Of a stretch of DNA of 35,690 nt, positions 17,487-26,277 are shown in pieces. Positions within the stretch are counted from its first letter, which is position 1. The number at the start of each line of letters is the position of its first letter. The DNA is from a virus (lineage: Duplodnaviria; Caudoviricetes), in IMG/VR virus record IMGVR_UViG_3300017650_000231, positions 1-35,690 of that record. One strand, 5' to 3'. The notes beneath the pieces are model-generated. The model was not told the origin of the DNA, searched no databases, and was given only the letters and a program-made list of their open reading frames with translations. Position numbers and translations under genes: made by a program.

Positions 17487-18143
17487 TCCAGGGTCTCCAC
17501 TGAACGTTGGGGCGGGGTCTTGCTCGGCCGAACGCAGGCGCTCGGCCGCTGCTTGAACTTCGGAAATGCGGTATTCGGGAACGATGTTGTTGGCGGCCTC
17601 CAGGCCCCGGTCCGTAATCAGCCACTCGCGCACGCTCCGGAACACCCCGCTCACGGACTCCAGCGCCCAGGACAAGCCGCGCAGGTCTGGCGCGGCGAAC
17701 TCCAGCAACTCGACGCCATCGGGTAGCGCTGCGAAATCGCGCCGGGTGCCCAGGCCGTCCATGGCCGGCGGCGCGGCACCCAGCCAGCCGACGTGCCGCA
17801 GTCGCCAGCCGCGCGCCGAGTCCTTGAACACAGACACGGACCGGTTGCGATAGGCCCCGCTGGCCACGCCATCGGCGAACGCCGGATTGATGTCCTCGAA
17901 CTTGGTGAACAGAGAGTCGCCATCCCGGCGCAGCTCGGCGGTCCAGGCATAGGCCGGATCGGCGTCCTTGGGGTGCCCCAGGACAGCCGGCGCCGCGCCC
18001 AGTGCGTGGTTGGCGATGATCTGGTCCAGGTCGGCTTGGCTGAAAGTGACGACGTTGCCCTTCGAGTCCTTATGCGTGCCGGCACGCATGATCTCGATCC
18101 AGTCGGACAGGTCGGGCTTGGGGGGGGCTTTGCGTTGGCTCAT
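16992..18143 (-). CDS. Prohead protease/scaffold (Mu gpI-like)
   Basis: WIEI.RAG.H.D..G, AP.VLGHP, AY.W, Y..RS.S, LRHVG.LGA.PPA motifs. Confidence 0.92.
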   Translation of the reverse strand: MSQRKAPPKPDLSDWIEIMRAGTHKDSKGNVVTFSQADLDQIIANHALGAAPAVLGHPKDADPAYAWTAELRRDGDSLFTKFEDINPAFADGVASGAYRNRSVSVFKDSARGWRLRHVGWLGAAPPAMDGLGTRRDFAALPDGVELLEFAAPDLRGLSWALESVSGVFRSVREWLITDRGLEAANNIVPEYRISEVQAAAERLRSAEQDPAPTFSGDPGMTLTQADIDRARQEGEQAGRQAAQAEFSTQVDAANSRATKIESERRAERIRTQIDAWKKDGRVLPAEESGLAEFMTALDAGTVAEFSFSASDGKEAKKTPATWFAEFMASRKPAIRLRERTDNLPDGEKDITALAHQYAAEQEAKGITVSPTEAVAHVSKQAGL

Positions 18144-18150
18144 GCGGCGC

Positions 18151-18193
18151 AGTGTGAGCTGCGGGCAACGCGATGTACTGATGAACTATTTCA
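18151..18193 (-). promoter_or_regulatory. Putative late promoter of the head-tail operon (PI-like)
   Basis: TGAAATAGTTCATCA at 18179-18193 followed after 22 nt by CACACT (-10-like), 7 nt before the protease ATG. Confidence 0.65.
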
Positions 18194-18237
18194 GTAGCCG
18201 GTGGAGACCGACAAAGGGAGGGAAAAACCCAGACCGC

Positions 18238-18335
18238 TTAAAACGGCCTACAAGCGATTTTTAGGGTCCGGACACCCGAAGATACCAACCCGACCCTGAT
18301 CGTCGTTTTTAAAATGGTTGTAGCCGTTTTTAAAC
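18238..18335. repeat. Long imperfect inverted repeat with A/T tracts between mor and the protease gene
   Basis: TAAAACGGCCTACAAGCGATTTT versus AAAATGGTTGTAGCCGTTTTTA, with an inner AGGGTC/GACCCT pair. Confidence 0.75.
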
Positions 18336-18378
18336 TAGGGTCTCGCGGGGTTCGCTCTCCCGCAAAGTGCCCGACGGC

Positions 18379-18795
18379 TCATTCCGACGAAAACAGGTCC
18401 CCATTGCGGGGCAGAAACCGGGCGTCGTCCCCCAGCTCGTCGAGCACCTGGTAAACGCGGCGGACGGTGTAGCCGACCCTCAACGCGATCTCGTCGACCT
18501 GCAGGCGCTCGTGATTGCGCATCTGCCAGATCATCCGGTGCTTGAACTGCTGCAGGACTTTGTCGTTCTTCGGCAGCGTCAACGTTTCGCCCGCGTACCA
18601 CTCGACCAGGCGCGCGAACGGCACCAGGCCGATGATGTCCAGGATCTCGTGATCCGCCGTCATCACCTTGGGGACGCAAATGTACGCCCCGCCGCGCCAC
18701 TCCAGCAGGCGCAAGGCGGCCTGCTGCCCTACGCACTCGATCAGCGTGCGTAGGGACTCGGGCAGCGGGGCGACGTTGAGCGTGGAGGTGTCCAT
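18379..18795 (-). CDS. mor: Mor/C-family late transcription activator
   Basis: LP.SL..L.E.VG..AAL.L....GG..I.VP; C-terminal HTH EIALRVGYTVRRVYQVL; true start ATG 18795. Confidence 0.88.
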   Translation of the reverse strand: MDTSTLNVAPLPESLRTLIECVGQQAALRLLEWRGGAYICVPKVMTADHEILDIIGLVPFARLVEWYAGETLTLPKNDKVLQQFKHRMIWQMRNHERLQVDEIALRVGYTVRRVYQVLDELGDDARFLPRNGDLFSSE

Positions 18796-18800
18796 GGCGG

Positions 18801-19229
18801 CTAGACGGCTGCGGGGGCTCCCACCCGGCGCTGCCACTTTTTCAGGGCTTCGATCAGCCGCTGCAGCGTCGCCACGTCGGCGAACCGCAGGGCGTCCAGC
18901 TTCGGCTCCTGGCGCTTGCACCAGCGCTCCAGCGCCTCCGGGCTGCCGTTGCGGACGGCGCCATGAGCGGCCAGCGCCGTCCAGATGGCCTCCAGCTTCT
19001 GGATCTGCGGTTCGCGGAGGCCCCGCGACGGCGGCGATTTGGGATTCAGCAGCGTGTTGAGCCGGCCGTGGGCCTGCCGGCGCTCGGCGTCGGTCAACTC
19101 CGTGGCCGACCGCACGCCGAACAGATCCTGCAGCCAGTCCCTGTACTGGTCCTCGGTCATGCCGGCCTTGACCGCCTTGAAACGGACAAGCTGGCAATCA
19201 CGCTTGAGTGGGTCGGGAGAAAGTGCCAT
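18801..19229 (-). CDS. gemA: Mu gp16/GemA-like protein (DUF1018)
   Basis: GM.ED.YR..L...GV.SA..L and LIEALKKW..R motifs. Confidence 0.85.
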   Translation of the reverse strand: MALSPDPLKRDCQLVRFKAVKAGMTEDQYRDWLQDLFGVRSATELTDAERRQAHGRLNTLLNPKSPPSRGLREPQIQKLEAIWTALAAHGAVRNGSPEALERWCKRQEPKLDALRFADVATLQRLIEALKKWQRRVGAPAAV

Positions 19230-19639
19230 TACGATCCCCTCGTCTGTGACGCTACCTGTGCGGCGTGCATTGCACGATATATAACGGCGAGGTCATTTCC
19301 ACCTGTCCGCTCGTAGTACTCCCGCGCGGCACGCGCGCCGGCCAGGATCATCTCTGGCGTCACCTCGTCGTGCCGCCCCGTCGCACTGGCATGGGCGGAG
19401 GCCTGAGGCGCGGGCACCCAAGTTCCCCCATCGTAAGGGTCCAGCAACCTCGCCTCTGATTTCCGGACCTGGCAAATGAGGGCGTGCTGAGCCCACGGCG
19501 CCAGGCCGGCAGAGCAGTTGCAACTGATGATCCGCACCTGTTCGGCCGGTTGCTGTGGCGGGGTATACGGCCGAGCCTCCTTCTCGCTGCTCTCGGGCGG
19601 ATAATCCTTGAGCTGATCGTCATATGCAGTCGTCGTCAT
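19229..19639 (-). CDS. Hypothetical early protein
   Basis: GGAGG upstream of ATG 19639; stop overlaps the gemA start; VTPEMI.AG motif. Confidence 0.65.
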   Translation of the reverse strand: MTTTAYDDQLKDYPPESSEKEARPYTPPQQPAEQVRIISCNCSAGLAPWAQHALICQVRKSEARLLDPYDGGTWVPAPQASAHASATGRHDEVTPEMILAGARAAREYYERTGGNDLAVIYRAMHAAQVASQTRGS

Positions 19640-19641
19640 GA

Positions 19642-20235
19642 TCAAGCGGCCTCCGCCTGGTATTTCGGGAAGCGCGAGACCGGCAGATCGGTGATCACGA
19701 CTTCGCTTTCGGCCACGGCGATGGCGCCAAACCCCGGCGCCTCTCCGTAGTAGCGTCGAGATCCATCCGGATACTTGGCCACGCCTGCGATGCGCCACAC
19801 CGTGGCGTGATCGGCGTTACTCCCGTTCGCTACGCGGCGCGGGATAAAGTGCTGACCCCGCTTGAACGGGCAGCCCGCGAACTCCGCGTCGGGGTCGGCA
19901 GCCGCGACGCGCTCATCGATCTCGCTGCCGAACACCAGGCGCTTGATCATGGAGGCCGCACCGGTGCACACCGCGCTGTACTCCAGGTCGCCGCTGCAAT
20001 GGGCATAGCGCTCCAGACTGCTGGCGAAGAAGCGCGCGTCTCCCATGTCGGCCAGGCGCGCGAGCGCGGCCAGGCGGCCGTTCTGCTCGGCCTGAATGTG
20101 ATTGCAGACCGCGCGGCGGGCGATCTCTTCGGCAAAGGCGATCCAGTCACCGCCCTTTGGTCCGAAGTACTCGGCCGCGACTTCCTTGATTTCCGACACC
20201 GGGACGATGCCCGGCACCCTGTCTTGCTGTTCCAT
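19642..20235 (-). CDS. Hypothetical early protein
   Basis: GGGGAG RBS; co-oriented and tightly packed in the early operon. Confidence 0.7.
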   Translation of the reverse strand: MEQQDRVPGIVPVSEIKEVAAEYFGPKGGDWIAFAEEIARRAVCNHIQAEQNGRLAALARLADMGDARFFASSLERYAHCSGDLEYSAVCTGAASMIKRLVFGSEIDERVAAADPDAEFAGCPFKRGQHFIPRRVANGSNADHATVWRIAGVAKYPDGSRRYYGEAPGFGAIAVAESEVVITDLPVSRFPKYQAEAA

Positions 20236-20290
20236 AGGACTCCCCGTTATCGGCTGCTCATCAGTACCCGGCCACCACGCCGGGCAGACA

Positions 20291-20310
20291 GGCGGCCCGC
20301 CTGGGCCGCC
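20291..20310 (-). terminator. GC-rich hairpin after the HU gene
   Basis: GGCGGCCC-N4-GGGCCGCC; weak U-tract. Confidence 0.4.
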
Positions 20311-20327
20311 CGTTTCGCTTGCGTGGA

Positions 20328-20600
20328 TCAGTTCACGGCGTCCTTGAGCGCCTTGGCGGCGCTGAACGTCGGCTTGTTGCGGGCGGCGATTTCGATGGCT
20401 TCGCCGGTTTGCGGGTTGCGGCCGGTACGCGCCTCCATGTGGCTGACGCTGAACTTGCCCAGGCCGGGCAGCGTGACTTCGTCGCCCTGGCGCAGAGCTT
20501 CGTGGACCGTTTCACCCAGGGCACGGATCACCGAGTCCGCCGTGGTCTTGGTGAATCCGGTCTTGTCGGCCAGGGCGGCGGTCAGTTCGGGAAGGTTCAT
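20328..20600 (-). CDS. HU-family DNA-binding protein
   Basis: 90 aa; GLGKF....ARTGRNPQTGE.I.I.A...P.F...K.LKDAVN signature. Confidence 0.95.
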   Translation of the reverse strand: MNLPELTAALADKTGFTKTTADSVIRALGETVHEALRQGDEVTLPGLGKFSVSHMEARTGRNPQTGEAIEIAARNKPTFSAAKALKDAVN

Positions 20601-20643
20601 GCAGTTCTCCAGTGGTAGGAAGGTGCCGCATAGCGGCGTAGGG

Positions 20644-20676
20644 ACAACAAATGGGCCTCGCCCAATGCAAGGCCCA
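20644..20676 (-). terminator. Probable intrinsic terminator after gam
   Basis: TGGGCCT/AGGCCCA stem followed by TTTGTTGT on the minus strand. Confidence 0.5.
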
Positions 20677-20682
20677 GGGAAA

Positions 20683-21198
20683 TCAGCTCACTGCGTCGAT
20701 CTCGAAGGGCTCGATGGTGAAGTCCTCGACTCCACTGACGATGTTCACGCCCGCGATGCCTGCAACAGCTTTCGGATCCGCCAGCATGGCTTCCTTGTTC
20801 GGCTCTTCACGGGTGCGGATGAAGCGCTGCAGACCCAGGCTGCGCAAGGCATCCAGCACTTTCTCCACGGCTCGGATGCTCACGCTCGGCGGACGCAGTC
20901 GCCAGGAAACCTCCCCGGTGATCAGGTTTGCCGTCTTGCCCCCGGCCGACAGCAGCTCGGCACGGTGGGCCTCGCACCAGGTCTGAATGCCGTTCGCCAA
21001 CGCATCGACGCGCTCCTGCAGGGCGTCGATGCGGTCCTTCCTTGCGGCCGTGATCGCGGCGACCTGGTCGTTGATGTCGGCGTTGATACGCGACAGTTCT
21101 CGCTGGGCATCACCCAGTTCACGGATTGCATCCATGACCTGGTCGCGGCTTTGGCAGGCAAACGCCGCAGCCTTCGTCTTCGTTTTCTTGGTAGCCAT
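20683..21198 (-). CDS. gam: Host-nuclease inhibitor, Mu Gam-like
   Basis: WCEAHR.EL...GKTANL.TGEVSWR.RPPSV, FIR..EE.NKEA.L motifs. Confidence 0.95.
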   Translation of the reverse strand: MATKKTKTKAAAFACQSRDQVMDAIRELGDAQRELSRINADINDQVAAITAARKDRIDALQERVDALANGIQTWCEAHRAELLSAGGKTANLITGEVSWRLRPPSVSIRAVEKVLDALRSLGLQRFIRTREEPNKEAMLADPKAVAGIAGVNIVSGVEDFTIEPFEIDAVS

Positions 21199-21225
21199 CT
21201 CGTTTCCTTCTTCGTGGGGTTCGGG

Positions 21226-21411
21226 TTACTCGGGAGACTCGGCCGCCAGCTCGGCGCCGACCAGGGCCAGCGCGATATGGGCCGGACCGGGATTGCAGTC
21301 CAGGAGGCAGCGGATTTGCGCAGCGACCGTCTCGGTCAATTCGCGCTGCTCCAAGGGCAGCTTCGCCACCACGTTGCGAATCTGCTCCAGGGTGGTTTCC
21401 TCGTGGGTCAT
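21226..21411 (-). CDS. Small hypothetical protein
   Basis: GGAGG RBS; MTHEETTLEQIR...ALALVGAELAAE. Confidence 0.7.
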   Translation of the reverse strand: MTHEETTLEQIRNVVAKLPLEQRELTETVAAQIRCLLDCNPGPAHIALALVGAELAAESPE

Positions 21412-21415
21412 GGCG

Positions 21416-21685
21416 TCACACCTCCAGACGCGGCCGAGGGCCATCGTCGGGCGAGTGATCGCCCAGGCTGGGCATGGTGTCCATCGGGGCGCACAGCAGG
21501 CTGTCCAGCCGGATGCGGGACGCCTGACCACGCTCGTAGATGCCCGGCAGCATGGCGCCGACCACCAGGGCGCCGGCCGTCCAGAGGATCAGCGCCAGGC
21601 GGGTATATCGAAGCGGGACGCGAACGCGAGGCGGACGCGCGGGTTCTCGGACCAGGAAAGGGGTATCCATGTCTGCCTCTCTCAT
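21416..21685 (-). CDS. Small hypothetical membrane protein
   Basis: Overlaps the MuB stop; one hydrophobic segment LALILWTAGALVVGAML. Confidence 0.6.
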   Translation of the reverse strand: MREADMDTPFLVREPARPPRVRVPLRYTRLALILWTAGALVVGAMLPGIYERGQASRIRLDSLLCAPMDTMPSLGDHSPDDGPRPRLEV

Positions 21686-22680
21686 TCGCGGCGCATGCCG
21701 CCCATGAACAGCACTTTTTCTGCAACCTGCTCGACCAGCTCGGCTGTGAGCGGGTATTTTTTGAGGCCGTAGTCACGCAGCGCGGGAATGAAGTTCTCGA
21801 TCAGCATTCGCGCACTGCCCCGGCAGTAGTGCCACAGCGCCTCCAGGACCTCGTCGTCCAGCTCGCCCTGGTCATTCAGGGCGGCCTGGGCCAGTGCGTC
21901 AGCGTCCTCGCGCGAGATCGCGCGAATGTTCTGCGGCCAGAACCCGACGCGGCTGCGGATCTGGTCGAACTGCCCATGCAGCGGTTTGATGATCTGTTGC
22001 AGTCGGTCGGTACCCACCAGCACGACGCCCACTTCGGCTTTGTCGCGGATGCGGCGCAGGTAGTGCAGGCACTGCGGCATGACCGTCTCGGCCTCGTCCA
22101 GCACGATCAACGTGGTGGAACCCGCCAGCGCCGTGCAGATGGCGTTGAACCGCTGATCCATGGACCGCCCAGAGGCGGCGGACAGCTTCTCCAGCAGTTC
22201 GTCCAGCAGGACGCTGGGCGTCATGTTCGGGTTGGCTTCCACCAGGACGGTATGCGGGTTGCGGCTGCAGTAATCCTTGACGGCGGCGGTCTTCCCAACG
22301 CCCACAGCGCCAGTCAGGATCCCGAAGTTGTGATAGTCCCTGGCGCGCTTGCAGACGACCTCGACCATTTTGGAAATGCTGGTCGGAACGTAGGTCACAC
22401 GCGGCGAGGCCGTCCGATTGCTGAACGCGTCCAGGGCCGAGGTCAACAGGTTCAGTTGATACGTCGGGTCGGCCGTGTACTTGCCGTTGAGCAATACGGA
22501 CAGCGTCGCGGAATTGACCCGCGCCAGCCGGCCGATCCATGCCCGCGTGTAGCCACCCGCGTTTAGGAACTCGATGATCTGGCACACCTGGGCCTGATGG
22601 TCGGCATTGAAAAACTCGCTCCATTCGGTCGGCATGGGGATGTCGGCCCGGGGCGTCCTCTTGGCGGTCTTGGGGTTCAA
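21682..22680 (-). CDS. Transposition ATPase (MuB-like AAA+)
   Basis: N-terminal HTH, Walker A GAVGVGKT, Walker B LIVLDEAE, Q..SRV arginine finger; TTG start with AAGGA. Confidence 0.93.
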   Translation of the reverse strand: MNPKTAKRTPRADIPMPTEWSEFFNADHQAQVCQIIEFLNAGGYTRAWIGRLARVNSATLSVLLNGKYTADPTYQLNLLTSALDAFSNRTASPRVTYVPTSISKMVEVVCKRARDYHNFGILTGAVGVGKTAAVKDYCSRNPHTVLVEANPNMTPSVLLDELLEKLSAASGRSMDQRFNAICTALAGSTTLIVLDEAETVMPQCLHYLRRIRDKAEVGVVLVGTDRLQQIIKPLHGQFDQIRSRVGFWPQNIRAISREDADALAQAALNDQGELDDEVLEALWHYCRGSARMLIENFIPALRDYGLKKYPLTAELVEQVAEKVLFMGGMRRE

Positions 22681-22690
22681 GGCGGTTCCT

Positions 22691-24328
22691 TTACTCGTTG
22701 TCCAGCAAGTCGATGACGATCCCGGCGCCCTTGCGTTTCGGGGCGAGCTGGGGCGTGACCAGATCGCTCTGCTCCAGCGAGGTCAGTTGATCGTTGATGG
22801 TGATGGCGTCCTGGCGGCGGGCGACGGCTTCGTCGGCGGCACGCTGCAGGCGCTTGACCTGGCCGGCCAGGCGCTTGTCGCGCTGCTCTTCCAGGCGCGA
22901 AGTCGGCAGCACGCCGATGGTGCTGACCAATTGCGGGGCGCAGATGAAGCGGTCCCGGTCGTCGAAAACCCACACGGTGCGGTCGTCGTGCAGGTCGTAT
23001 TCCACGACCACGCGCTTGCCGTCGTAGAGCGACAGCGCATCGTGGAAGTACATGCGCTTGTGCAGTTCCACCATCTGCCGCCGCACCGCTCGCCGCTCGC
23101 GCGGACGCACGACGGCTTCGGCGGGCAGGCTGACGGGGACGCGCTGGAGCCCTTGCCAAACCTGGGCCGGTGTCTTGCCGTCTAGCGCGTCCTCCAGCGG
23201 GGTGTTGTTGTACTCGTCGATGTAGCGGGCCAGGGACGCGTGGTAATTCTCCAGGGTCGGCAGCTTGCGCTTGCCCGCGTCGATATCGGTCGTTAGCCGG
23301 CGGTTGATTTCCTGCGCCATGTCGTTACCGCAATAGACCATGCCCCCGGCGAAGAATTTGTCGTGGTGATCGCGCACGGTGCGGAACCAGCGTTCGATCC
23401 AGCCCTTACCGTGCGGGTTGCCGGGCAGCGCGCCGATGACTTCGATGGAGAACCGCTGGTAGAAACCGGTCGCCTCGTCATTGAGCATGCGCGCCCGCCA
23501 GCCCGCGCCCCGGTCCAGGTACAGCCAGGCCGGGACGTGATCGTTGCCGCGCAGTGCATGCGACAGCGCGAACAGCGTCGACACTGCGGATTCGGCATCA
23601 CTCAGATACCAGCCGGTGATGTAGCGGCTACGCACGTCGATGAACGCGGTCAGCTCGGGCCGGTATGGCCGGCCGGTGTTCGGGTGGGCGACATAGCAGT
23701 CGATGGTGTGGCCGTCGCCCGCGTAGACCTCGCCGACCTGCAGCGATGACGGATCGCGCGGCTGATACCGCTGGCGCCGCAGGCGATGCAGATGGCGCCC
23801 GACCCGGTCCGGGCTGTTCTCGCCCACGGTCGCGGGCAAGGCCCGCAGAAAACTCGATACGCGCTTTTCCGAGGCGGTGTCGAAACCCTCCTTGCGTAGT
23901 TGCAGCGCGACGGCCGACATGGACGGCTTGCTTGGGATGTTGTAGAGCGCCACGGCGCGCATTTCCCAGCCGTACTCCTGGCGCACGCGGCCGGTGAACT
24001 TGGGCAGCAGCCCGACCTTGCCTTCGCGCTTGTAGGCCGACAGCCAGCGCTTCAGCGTGGGCACGCTCGGGATCTCCTTCAAGGCTACGAGGGCGGATGC
24101 CTGGGCGGCATCCAGCGCGTTGGCTTTGCACCGGGTATGCAGCAGCGCGGCGACATGGTTGGCGGAAGCTCCGCCCGCCATCATCGCGGCGCCGGCCCGG
24201 ATCAGGTCGAAGCGGTACTGGGCGAGCTGCCGCGCATTGGCGCTGGCCGTCTGCCACGGGTCGCTCTTGTTGAGCATGGCCGGCACCTGGTGCACCAGGG
24301 TCGGCTTGAGTGCGAGTGCACGCGACAT
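22691..24328 (-). CDS. DDE transposase (MuA-like)
   Basis: AGDGHT, YLDRG.G and KG.IERWF catalytic motifs; YN..P, TP.Q.W; C-terminal YD.HD...VWV Mu-transposase domain. Confidence 0.94.
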   Translation of the reverse strand: MSRALALKPTLVHQVPAMLNKSDPWQTASANARQLAQYRFDLIRAGAAMMAGGASANHVAALLHTRCKANALDAAQASALVALKEIPSVPTLKRWLSAYKREGKVGLLPKFTGRVRQEYGWEMRAVALYNIPSKPSMSAVALQLRKEGFDTASEKRVSSFLRALPATVGENSPDRVGRHLHRLRRQRYQPRDPSSLQVGEVYAGDGHTIDCYVAHPNTGRPYRPELTAFIDVRSRYITGWYLSDAESAVSTLFALSHALRGNDHVPAWLYLDRGAGWRARMLNDEATGFYQRFSIEVIGALPGNPHGKGWIERWFRTVRDHHDKFFAGGMVYCGNDMAQEINRRLTTDIDAGKRKLPTLENYHASLARYIDEYNNTPLEDALDGKTPAQVWQGLQRVPVSLPAEAVVRPRERRAVRRQMVELHKRMYFHDALSLYDGKRVVVEYDLHDDRTVWVFDDRDRFICAPQLVSTIGVLPTSRLEEQRDKRLAGQVKRLQRAADEAVARRQDAITINDQLTSLEQSDLVTPQLAPKRKGAGIVIDLLDNE

Positions 24329-24346
24329 ATTCCCCCCGTTTCCTGG

Positions 24347-25456
24347 TTATTTCGCCGGCTTGGTTTTCGGACGGCCCCGGCCCTTCGGACGGTCCATTTC
24401 CCGCTCCCAGGCGCGCAGGGTCTTTTCGTGCTCGTGTTCGGCGGTCAGTTCCTTGAACTCGCGCGCGCACTGCAGGACCTCAGGCGGGCTCAGGTAGTCG
24501 ATGCTGGTGTGACCGCCGGAGACGGCCTCTATGCCGAACGACTTTTCGAGCTGAGATGCGAGCGCGGCGGCGCGATGAATGACCAGCGCAACAGACCCGT
24601 ACAGATGGCGAGCCAGCGGGGTGTTCCATTCATCGTCGGACGCGCGGTTGAACTGCTCCCGGAACTGGCGTTCCAGGTCGTCGATGGCCAACTCGGCTTT
24701 CTTCGCCAGCGCCGCCGACTCCAGGCGAAAGTCCTGCACGTCAGGCGGGACGGTGCCCCCGGTCTTGACGCGGCCGTCCTGCAGCTCGCGCAGGCGCGTC
24801 TGGACCATCTCCAGTTCGGTCTGTGCCGTCTCGCGCTCGACGGCCAGGTCGGCGTTCTTTGCTTGCAGCTCGCGGATCTTGAGGCGCAGGCCGCGTACAG
24901 ACAGGTCGGCCAGGTCATCGAATTTGTCGTCGTCGTCGAAGAGCTGCTGCAGAACCTCAGGGTCAGCCTGAGCCAGTTCAAGAACCTTGGACTTGGGCAG
25001 GGCCAGGACCTTTGCACGCTCCGCATCGGGCAGGCTAGACGCGAAGCGCGCATAGGTCATCGCTTCGAAGGCCCGTTGTTTTGGAATACCGTGCTCTGCA
25101 AGCAGCGCCTCGAAGGATCCATGCGGACACTCGGCACGGATGCTCAAGAGTTGCAGACCTGCGCCTATGACCAAGCGAAGCGCCTGGTTTGTGCTCTCGA
25201 TGGCGGCCCGCAAGCGAAGTTCGATCGTGCTTTTCACGTCGATTTGCAGTTCAGAAGCAAGCTGTCGCTCCGCATCTCCGAACTCAAAAGTCCGGACGTC
25301 CGGACTTTTAGCGGTCGCAACCGGCAGCGTCTGTGGCTCAACCGATTCTTTCGGAGCTTGGCGAAAAGCACGAACCTCTGCACCGTCAGGACCGGGCTGG
25401 GCCGCGCCATCGAAAACGTCAATGGCGATTTCGCTCTTAGTGAGGCGTCGTGTCAT
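24347..25456 (-). CDS. DUF3102-like early protein with coiled coil
   Basis: G..LL..RAECPHGSF..LL...GI....A...M..A matches my recollection of DUF3102; C-terminal AT-hook-like KGRGRPK. Confidence 0.65.
   Translation of the reverse strand: MTRRLTKSEIAIDVFDGAAQPGPDGAEVRAFRQAPKESVEPQTLPVATAKSPDVRTFEFGDAERQLASELQIDVKSTIELRLRAAIESTNQALRLVIGAGLQLLSIRAECPHGSFEALLAEHGIPKQRAFEAMTYARFASSLPDAERAKVLALPKSKVLELAQADPEVLQQLFDDDDKFDDLADLSVRGLRLKIRELQAKNADLAVERETAQTELEMVQTRLRELQDGRVKTGGTVPPDVQDFRLESAALAKKAELAIDDLERQFREQFNRASDDEWNTPLARHLYGSVALVIHRAAALASQLEKSFGIEAVSGGHTSIDYLSPPEVLQCAREFKELTAEHEHEKTLRAWEREMDRPKGRGRPKTKPAK
25286..25309. repeat. Perfect 24-bp palindrome inside a coding sequence
   Basis: AAAAGTCCGGACGTCCGGACTTTT is its own reverse complement. 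Confidence 0.95.
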
Positions 25457-25650
25457 TTGGCGCCCCTAGCGGTCACCGGTCGCTTCATGCCAAGGGCAAC
25501 GGCTATTTGATGGCCAACTCCGTAGTTGCCCTTCTGGACGCCGCGCACAACACGTGAAACGGTGACGTAGTCGAACCCATTCTCAGCAGCCCATTGCTTG
25601 AGAGTTACGCCCTGTTCGCGCAATTTGCTCTTTGCCTCTTGTCCTGTCAT
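25453..25650 (-). CDS. Ner/Cro-like HTH DNA-binding protein (BcepMu gp16-like)
   Basis: 65 aa; G.TL..WA.ENGF....V..V..G..K...G..H.IAVALGMK; divergent from the repressor. Confidence 0.88.
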   Translation of the reverse strand: MTGQEAKSKLREQGVTLKQWAAENGFDYVTVSRVVRGVQKGNYGVGHQIAVALGMKRPVTARGAK

Positions 25651-25735
25651 ATTGACCCTCTCAAATGTGCACTATGTGTCATACATTTGTTGGTCAATAT
25701 ATCAAACAAACGATTACCTGTGCAAGGGGTTTTAG
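25651..25735. promoter_or_regulatory. Divergent repressor/early promoter-operator region
   Basis: AT-rich 85-bp gap between divergent ner-like and repressor genes; dyad CAAATGT/ACATTTG. Confidence 0.7.
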
Positions 25736-26194
25736 ATGTCTTCAATCGGCGACAGGCTAAGAGAAGAGCGAAAGCGCTTGAACCTATCCCAGGAGGCATG
25801 CGGCATCGCGTGTGGCGTAACGAAGATGTCGCAGCTGAATTACGAGGGAAACAAACGTTCCCCTGATGCAGCCTATCTACAAGCATTCGCTAACCTGGGC
25901 GGGGACGTTCAATTTGTGCTGACAGGCGTACCGTCTGTGGCGCAAGGGATCTCGCTTGCTCAGGTCGAACGTGCAGCCGAGCAGGCCTACCAGATGGTGC
26001 TGGGATCGGGGATTCAGGCGTCGAGCAAGCAATTCAGTCGCATGGTCCTGGCACTTCTACTCCCGGACGAGCCAGGCTCGGGGGAGAAGGCAAGACGCAT
26101 TGCGAATGTGACCGCAGGGCACGGCAGTTTGGTCGCACAGGGGGATGGCATCGTTCAAGTCGGCGGAAAAGTCCGAATTTCGCGCAACCGATAA
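25736..26194 (+). CDS. Phage repressor (XRE-family HTH) with C-terminal QVGG motif
   Basis: IGDRLREERKRL.LSQ......GV....Q.NYE...RSPDA.YL....G.DV.FVLTG; no S24 peptidase domain. Confidence 0.9.
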   Translation: MSSIGDRLREERKRLNLSQEACGIACGVTKMSQLNYEGNKRSPDAAYLQAFANLGGDVQFVLTGVPSVAQGISLAQVERAAEQAYQMVLGSGIQASSKQFSRMVLALLLPDEPGSGEKARRIANVTAGHGSLVAQGDGIVQVGGKVRISRNR

Positions 26195-26277
26195 ATGGTG
26201 TTCATTTGGGAAGCAATTGAACGAAGCGAGGCAACGCCGTACTATCCAGTTACAACTATGGAGTCTGAGGGGTTGCA

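Noticed and set aside
18266-18273. GTCCGGAC matching part of the 24-bp palindrome (also near 7718)
   Set aside because: An 8-mer of this composition is expected by chance in 36 kb of GC-rich DNA.
18796-19197. Upstream half of the 272-aa ORF 18379-19197
   Set aside because: Overlaps gemA; Mor similarity begins at ATG 18795.
19807-22566. 919-aa plus-strand ORF
   Set aside because: Antisense shadow of MuB, gam, HU and neighbours in GC-rich DNA; no recognisable motifs.
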